Origin: a virus
Taxonomy: Duplodnaviria; Caudoviricetes
Strand: one strand, 5' to 3'
IMG/VR virus record: IMGVR_UViG_3300011339_001338
Span: 1-55,002 of that record
Length of the DNA stretch: 55,002 nucleotides
Part shown: in pieces, positions 49,306-55,002 of the stretch
Numbering within the stretch: the first letter of the stretch is position 1
Layout: each line of letters begins with the position of its first letter
The notes under the pieces: model-generated
The model's input: the letters and a program-made list of their open reading frames with translations, nothing else
Databases searched by the model: none
Told to the model about the DNA's origin: nothing
Made by a program: the position numbers and the translations under genes

Positions 49306-49838
49306 GGTATTTCTTGAACAATAATATCATTTATGGTTCCACCAGTATTACAGTTAGGACATCTTGGGTCAAACATTTGGAATTTGGTTTTTAGTATTTC
49401 GAAATTGTGCCAAATTTCAGCAGCGTTTAATGGTTCAACATACATTCTAAATTGAGAAATACCTCCATCGAAAGTACCAGCAAAGTTTGGTTCGATTAAT
49501 ATATTTGTGGTAAGAGCCGATAAACTTGTTCCTGACAATGTTTGGTTTGGCATGACCTCAGGGTCTTGCTGATATGGTGCATCGAATGTGTAAGTAATTG
49601 GACCTGGTGTTGGTGGAGTAAATACAGGTAAAGTTTGTCCTGAAATAATTGAGAAGGAACAGGTATAATTAAATCCTGTAAAATCTAATTCATATGTACC
49701 ATAAAAATAGTTTGTGGAGTAATCGTACGGTATTACTTGAGAGCCAACATTTACAGTCCCACCTGTATCAGGTAAAAATGTAATTACTGCTGTCTGTCCA
49801 CTATAATTATTACTTCCAATCTTTACTGTTGCCGGCAT
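49302..49838 (-). CDS. Shared N-terminal module fused to a LamG-like C-terminal fragment
   Basis: 178 aa; FAGTFDGGISQFRMYVEPLNAAEIWHNF matches the end of a LamG/ConA-like domain. Confidence 0.6.
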   Translation of the reverse strand: MPATVKIGSNNYSGQTAVITFLPDTGGTVNVGSQVIPYDYSTNYFYGTYELDFTGFNYTCSFSIISGQTLPVFTPPTPGPITYTFDAPYQQDPEVMPNQTLSGTSLSALTTNILIEPNFAGTFDGGISQFRMYVEPLNAAEIWHNFEILKTKFQMFDPRCPNCNTGGTINDIIVQEIP

Positions 49839-49853
49839 CCAAAAACTTTATTT

Positions 49854-49861
49854 TATAAATA
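49854..49861 (-). promoter_or_regulatory. TATTTATA putative late promoter motif
   Basis: Upstream of ATG 49838. Confidence 0.55.
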
Positions 49862-50491
49862 TTAAAGTTGTTGGAAATACTTTTGTATTCTTTGACTTAA
49901 TCTGACTCTTGGGTCATTTTCATTTCTACCCATAATACTATATGGAATTAAAAACCCAAAACTAAGAAAAACTCTTCTACTATTAAACTCATTAGTCCAA
50001 TGTCTATAGAGAGAGGCTTCAAAACAATAAAGGTCTTTTTGACTTACTGAAACGTGAGTTTTATCTAAAAAAAGATTGTAGTCCTCTGATAAAACACTAA
50101 CATTACATTTGTAATTAATTAACCCATCTAAAGATGCGTCATAGTGGGGGTCAATTTTTCCACCCTTATTCATATCCACCGCCTGTAAAAACAAATGATT
50201 TTTTGGAAGACCGATTGTTGTTGAAATTCTATCGATTATCTCCATAATAAAATCAGGAAGGGGTTCCTTCCTGACTTCACCAATTGATTGGAAATTTGCA
50301 ATATATTCCGTTTCTTTGGTTTGTGATATATCAAAAATATATGAGTTGCCGTTAAGAGTTTTGGATAATTCAGTTAGGTGGTGATTTGCTTTAAACCCAT
50401 CGTTTTTTAAAGTATCAACCCAAGTTAAAATATCTTTTACCTCTTTGTAACTTATAAAATTTCTTACTATCTTATAATCTTCAGACCCCAT
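49862..50491 (-). CDS. 2OG-Fe(II) dioxygenase
   Basis: N-terminal IVRNFISYKE, HxD motif IDPHYD, distal H in YRHWT, and 2OG-binding R in RRVFLSFGF. Confidence 0.75.
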   Translation of the reverse strand: MGSEDYKIVRNFISYKEVKDILTWVDTLKNDGFKANHHLTELSKTLNGNSYIFDISQTKETEYIANFQSIGEVRKEPLPDFIMEIIDRISTTIGLPKNHLFLQAVDMNKGGKIDPHYDASLDGLINYKCNVSVLSEDYNLFLDKTHVSVSQKDLYCFEASLYRHWTNEFNSRRVFLSFGFLIPYSIMGRNENDPRVRLSQRIQKYFQQL

Positions 50492-50712
50492 TTACTTAAA
50501 AATTCTTTAGGTCCTCCAACCTCCATAATTGAGAGGTTTTGTTTATTCAAAATTTTATCAATCTTATCTTGTTCGCCCGGTATGGTGCAAAAATAATGTG
50601 TTGCAGGTTCTTCACCCGTTGGGGAAACTTTTATAAGAAAAATGTTTTTATTAGTTTCGTTTTCTCTGACTGTTTCTAAGTCTTCTTTTTTTACTAAAAT
50701 GTTTACTCTCAT
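50467..50712 (-). CDS. Small hypothetical protein
   Basis: 81 aa ORF, tightly coupled to its neighbours. Confidence 0.6.
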   Translation of the reverse strand: MRVNILVKKEDLETVRENETNKNIFLIKVSPTGEEPATHYFCTIPGEQDKIDKILNKQNLSIMEVGGPKEFLSKWGLKIIR

Positions 50713-50713
50713 A

Positions 50714-53242
50714 TTATGGGTTAAAAGGTCCGTTTATTGTGTCTGATATATACAAACTTAAAGTATCATAGTCTAAAGTTGTTATTAACGCAAAATTATC
50801 TATAGAATTTGATATTGTAGAATTTGCTGTGGTGTATACTATTGGAGTTTCGGTTAAAGAATCTACTGTTATTACTAAATTTGCCGCTCCCCCAATGGAA
50901 GCTCCGTCGATTGTTAGTTGTTCACCTACTTGATAAAATTTACCTGGAGTGTTAATTACAATCAATGTTACTAAACCTCCAAAAGTCGTAATGTCGAATG
51001 ATGCTCCAGTTCCACTAAGGGTTGTCGATGAAGGAGTTACTCCGACCCAAGTACCATCACTTCCTCCCTTTCCACCAGCACTACTTGTATTTACGACTCC
51101 ATTGTAATATGTGGTAAAATCAATTGCATTTACAACATTATATGTAATGTCATTATTTTGAAAATAATCACCAATAGTATTGTTTGTAAAATTATCTGTT
51201 ATTCTATTAGTATAGAAGTATTCCCCAATATTATTGCTGGTAAAGCTATTACCAATGACATTTCCTCTGTAGGAACCTCCACCAAAACCAAATCCATCTT
51301 GAATATTGTTATTATAAAAATTGTCACCAATTGTATTATAGGTAAATGAACCATATGTTTCATTTGAATCAAACCCCACACCAATATTATTACTTTGGAA
51401 TAGTCCGTCAATAATGTTTAAGAAGAAATTATACTTAATGTTGTTTTCTAAAAAATCACCATAGACGTTGTTTGCAAGAAATTGAGGTCCAATTACGTTT
51501 CTTGAGAAAGTTCCTCCTGTTATCTGGTTCGATTTAAATGTATCGCCAATTCTATTATTAGCAAATTCGTAACCACCAATATCTTCAGATACTCCAAGTA
51601 AATTAGATTCGAAATCTGTTTTTATATCGTTTCCAAGGAATGAATTATAGATTAAGTTAGTATTAAACCCTGAACGTATTACATTTTCTATGAATGCAGA
51701 ATATATGTTATTGTTGTTAAAACCATATCCTATTTCATTGTCACTAAATGTTAAGTTATAAATGTTATTAGCATTAAAGTTTGATGCAATATTATTATTA
51801 ACAAATGATGTTCCACTAAAATTGTTATTGTAAAAAGAAGGTGCAATAATGTTAGAAGTAAATGAAGAATTTATAAAGTTGTTAAAAAATCCTTCTTGTA
51901 TTGTGTTGGTAGTAAAATTACTGTTTATTATAATATTTTCAGTAAAATCACCTTGAATATTATTACCTTCAAAACCACTATCAATAATATTACTAGAAAA
52001 ATTTCTACCAATATCATTATTCATGAAAGTATCATTTGCCAAGGTTAAAAAGTTATAGGAAAATTGAGCCCCAATTCTATTATAATCAAAATCTTGACCG
52101 TCATTATCCCCAATCATATTAGATTGAAACGACTCCCCAATAATATTACCATCCATATCACAATCAATTATATTTCTTGAGAAGTGAGCCCCAACAACAT
52201 TATCGTCAAAATCGTTTGTAATAATATTATATTCAAAATATGGTCCACATTGATTTGAATCCATATCATCGTTAAAGGTGTTACCTACAACATCTCCGGC
52301 AAAATAATTATTTTCATATTGACCACTTAAAAATACATTATTGGAAAGTAAGAAGATGTAATAGTTAATATTATTTCCCAAATAAGTATTAAAATTATCG
52401 TCATTATTGAATGTATAATATTCAGAAAAACCTGTAAAATTGGAACTGGTCACATTACACTGAAATGGGTTCATATGTTGTGGTAGAGAAACTCCTTGGG
52501 AATAAAAGGTGTTTGACACTTCAGATATTGAAGCTCCAGTAACATTCATTTCCGTAGGACTTGTGATTGTCAAAATTTCATAGTATCTAAAAGAAGACAT
52601 TGGGGAAGCTCCGAATGGATAATAAACCCCCAAAATATCCCCCTCAATAAAGTTCGAATCAAATGAGGTATTCACTCCTGTTACTAATCCGGCCAAATCA
52701 ATAGATAATCTTCCACTATAATATTGTTCAGAGAAAAACCCTTCATATCTAATAAACTGAACCGCTCTAAAATCATAATCGGCTCTGTTATTTTTATTGT
52801 CAATTCTTTCAATTATTCTACCTTTTGCAGGACTCGAAGTTACTTCGGTTACATTAAATGATATATCATAACTAATTTTATCTAACGGATATTGTGGTGA
52901 ATACGCTTGTGTTGCCAAGGTATTAGCACTAGTTGCAAAAACCATCAAAGGTTCAGTTGTCCCTGTTTTATAGTTACCTACAGTAATTGGATTACTCTCA
53001 CTGTCATAGTTTGGCTGGTCATAACAAGTTTGGAAATCAGTTATGAGGTAGAACTTACCAGGATTTAAAGTTGACCCTGTATACGCAGAATACAACTCAT
53101 CATAAGTTATTTCCGTGTATGAAGTAATTCCTGAAAACGCAATATGATACGTTTCACCATTCAATTCAACTGGAATTAATGTATCCTCAGTTGGTGTTTC
53201 TAAAAAGGTTAATTGACCTATGGTTTTTCCTGTTAGTGACAT
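50714..53242 (-). CDS. Tail fiber/spike-like beta-solenoid protein
   Basis: 842 aa with an N-terminal KTIGQL, dozens of F-x-x-N-x-I-(G) repeats, and a Gly-rich C-terminal domain GTGASFDIT..GG.VT.I.I..PG..Y..G. Confidence 0.65.
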   Translation of the reverse strand: MSLTGKTIGQLTFLETPTEDTLIPVELNGETYHIAFSGITSYTEITYDELYSAYTGSTLNPGKFYLITDFQTCYDQPNYDSESNPITVGNYKTGTTEPLMVFATSANTLATQAYSPQYPLDKISYDISFNVTEVTSSPAKGRIIERIDNKNNRADYDFRAVQFIRYEGFFSEQYYSGRLSIDLAGLVTGVNTSFDSNFIEGDILGVYYPFGASPMSSFRYYEILTITSPTEMNVTGASISEVSNTFYSQGVSLPQHMNPFQCNVTSSNFTGFSEYYTFNNDDNFNTYLGNNINYYIFLLSNNVFLSGQYENNYFAGDVVGNTFNDDMDSNQCGPYFEYNIITNDFDDNVVGAHFSRNIIDCDMDGNIIGESFQSNMIGDNDGQDFDYNRIGAQFSYNFLTLANDTFMNNDIGRNFSSNIIDSGFEGNNIQGDFTENIIINSNFTTNTIQEGFFNNFINSSFTSNIIAPSFYNNNFSGTSFVNNNIASNFNANNIYNLTFSDNEIGYGFNNNNIYSAFIENVIRSGFNTNLIYNSFLGNDIKTDFESNLLGVSEDIGGYEFANNRIGDTFKSNQITGGTFSRNVIGPQFLANNVYGDFLENNIKYNFFLNIIDGLFQSNNIGVGFDSNETYGSFTYNTIGDNFYNNNIQDGFGFGGGSYRGNVIGNSFTSNNIGEYFYTNRITDNFTNNTIGDYFQNNDITYNVVNAIDFTTYYNGVVNTSSAGGKGGSDGTWVGVTPSSTTLSGTGASFDITTFGGLVTLIVINTPGKFYQVGEQLTIDGASIGGAANLVITVDSLTETPIVYTTANSTISNSIDNFALITTLDYDTLSLYISDTINGPFNP

Positions 53243-53254
53243 GTTTTTTTATTT

Positions 53255-53262
53255 TATAAATA
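53255..53262 (-). promoter_or_regulatory. TATTTATA putative late promoter motif
   Basis: Upstream of ATG 53242. Confidence 0.55.
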
Positions 53263-53283
53263 TCATTAGTTTATTATGTTGTA

Positions 53284-55002
53284 TTAGCAAGCTCCTGAAA
53301 ATGTTAATGGGAACAGGCAATCAAATGCTAGTCCACCACCAGGGCCGGTAAACACGTATGTGTAAGTTCCGTCTGATGAAACAATCCCAACAAAACTAGT
53401 TCTTCCAATATTATCGGTTATTATATCATTGACTTGTATTTGTAAAGTTTCTGAAGTTTCAGTTAATTTCAATTGATTACTATTGACTGCGGTTGAGCCA
53501 TCCCATAATGTTGGGACCACAATTTGTCGAACACAATTTGGTGTTTTAGTTGGGGTGGGTGTTAAACTCGAGGTTGGAGTGTTAGTCGGTGTTTCTGTAT
53601 TAGTTGGAGTAATTGAAGGAGTTTGAGTTGGTGTTTCTGTAACCGAAGGGGTTGGGGTACTCGTTTCGGTTTGAGATGGTGTCATAGTTGGCGTTTCTGT
53701 AATTGTTGGAGTCACCGTAGGTGTTGGTGTTGGTGATTGAGAGGGGACAGGTGAAGGGTTAATGTATTTTAAATATAAGTCATTACCTACTATTATGAAA
53801 TTTAGGTCATCGGTTAAAATTGGGTCCTCGAGCACTAATGGTTCTACAAATTTTAAATAGAAGTTGTTACCCACATCAATGTACCCTATGCTTGGCACAA
53901 TCAATATTGCGTCATCAATAACTTGTTCAGGTGGGGTACTTGAAGGCGTTGGTGTAATTGTCGTAGTGGATGTTAAAGTAGGGGTTACCGTAACCGATGG
54001 GGTTGGGGTAAGTGTTTGTGATGGAGTCGGTGTTGGACCAATAAATTCTGACTCAAAAGTAAAATCTATATTTCCACTCAAAAATTCAGGTTGAGTTGTA
54101 ACATTTTCAAATGAACTTGTTTGATTTAGTATTGAAAAATCTTCATCTAATACTACAAAAGTATTACCACTAACTCCACTTGGGGGTATACTAACAGATG
54201 AATTAATTAATATATCATTACCTGTATTAGTCCCAAGTACGTGAGTAAAATTTACAATAATTTCTTCATCGATAGGAAATTCAGTGGTTAAAATGTAGTC
54301 AATTTGTATCGAACCTGGAGTAACAATTGCAAGTAAACCCAAGCCAATTTCAACTCCATAAGCAATATCACAGGCTGGTTTTCTTTCAAAGGTTAAACTT
54401 TCTCTTAAACCTTGTGTTCCACCACCCCAAGATATATTAAAAGGGACTCCTAATTGTTTTTCTTTTTCAGTATTGAGTCCTCTTGGAATGACCTCCTCAA
54501 ATCCATTTATAACATAAAATAATTTTCCGTTAACATAAATTTTAAGGGCTCCGAGTCTATCTGATTTTTCTATTAACCATCTCTCATTTAAATTAACAAT
54601 TTCTACTTGGTCAGGAGCAGGACTACCTGTATGAGTTACAGGAGGTTCAATTAGATTTACAGTATTATTTGATAAACTATCAACATACTTAAAATCAGTA
54701 ATTAACCCAAGTCCACCCTTATAATACAAATCACAAGTATCAAAATAAGAATTTCTTTCCCAAACTACATCAACTAAAAACCAATGTTCCTCAAGTAAAA
54801 AATCAGGATTTTCAGATGCACAGTAGTCAAATATGTTTGATTCGGAACAATATTCGGTTACAGTATAACCAGTTTGATATGTTATTCCTGTTGTTGGTGT
54901 AACTCCCGTTACAACACAGTCACCTGTTAATTTTAAAACTTTTACACAAATTCCAGGATTTGATGGGTCACCATTTAATCTGACCGAAAAGGCGTTTGAC
55001 AT
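53284..55002 (-). CDS. Modular virion-type protein (probably 5'-truncated by the window): partial LamG-like domain, Ig-like domain, two mucin-like tracts
   Basis: HWFLVDVVW...LKIYVNGKL...NISWGGG, TPT tracts, and an ATG exactly at the window edge. Confidence 0.6.
   Translation of the reverse strand: MSNAFSVRLNGDPSNPGICVKVLKLTGDCVVTGVTPTTGITYQTGYTVTEYCSESNIFDYCASENPDFLLEEHWFLVDVVWERNSYFDTCDLYYKGGLGLITDFKYVDSLSNNTVNLIEPPVTHTGSPAPDQVEIVNLNERWLIEKSDRLGALKIYVNGKLFYVINGFEEVIPRGLNTEKEKQLGVPFNISWGGGTQGLRESLTFERKPACDIAYGVEIGLGLLAIVTPGSIQIDYILTTEFPIDEEIIVNFTHVLGTNTGNDILINSSVSIPPSGVSGNTFVVLDEDFSILNQTSSFENVTTQPEFLSGNIDFTFESEFIGPTPTPSQTLTPTPSVTVTPTLTSTTTITPTPSSTPPEQVIDDAILIVPSIGYIDVGNNFYLKFVEPLVLEDPILTDDLNFIIVGNDLYLKYINPSPVPSQSPTPTPTVTPTITETPTMTPSQTETSTPTPSVTETPTQTPSITPTNTETPTNTPTSSLTPTPTKTPNCVRQIVVPTLWDGSTAVNSNQLKLTETSETLQIQVNDIITDNIGRTSFVGIVSSDGTYTYVFTGPGGGLAFDCLFPLTFSGAC

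Noticed and set aside
1-55002. Stop-codon reassignment, tRNA or rRNA genes
   Set aside because: Long ORFs tile the window under the standard code, and no intergenic gap showed a recognisable tRNA or rRNA by eye.

Overview
This 55 kb AT-rich window comes from a large contractile-tailed (myovirus-type) phage, with genes mostly on the minus strand. A Bacteroidota host is tentatively inferred from one TTTG-N20-TAnnTTTG promoter and the general lack of Shine-Dalgarno sites. From 1 to 31.7 kb it holds a partial gp32-like SSB, baseplate hub, LysM/gp53-like and tube-initiator genes, tape measure, a tail chaperone pair with a candidate +1 frameshift, tail tube, a HAD protein, tail sheath, an unannotated ribbon-helix-helix gene, tail terminator, neck proteins, SNF2 helicase, SOD and family B DNA polymerase. 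From 31.7 to 55 kb it holds modular, Cys-rich, probably virion-surface proteins with long mucin-like Thr/Pro/Ser tracts. These flank a five-gene glycosylation operon: a GT60-like polypeptide/hydroxyproline GlcNAc-transferase, two GT-B-like paralogs, a methyltransferase and an HtrL/GT2-like fusion. A 2OG-Fe(II) dioxygenase also sits among them. The best candidate for a new system is a phage-encoded mucin-type O-glycosylation pathway that coats modular virion appendages. A sense-strand TATTTAT(A) motif precedes most structural genes. All family calls come from motif recognition by eye; no database searches were run.
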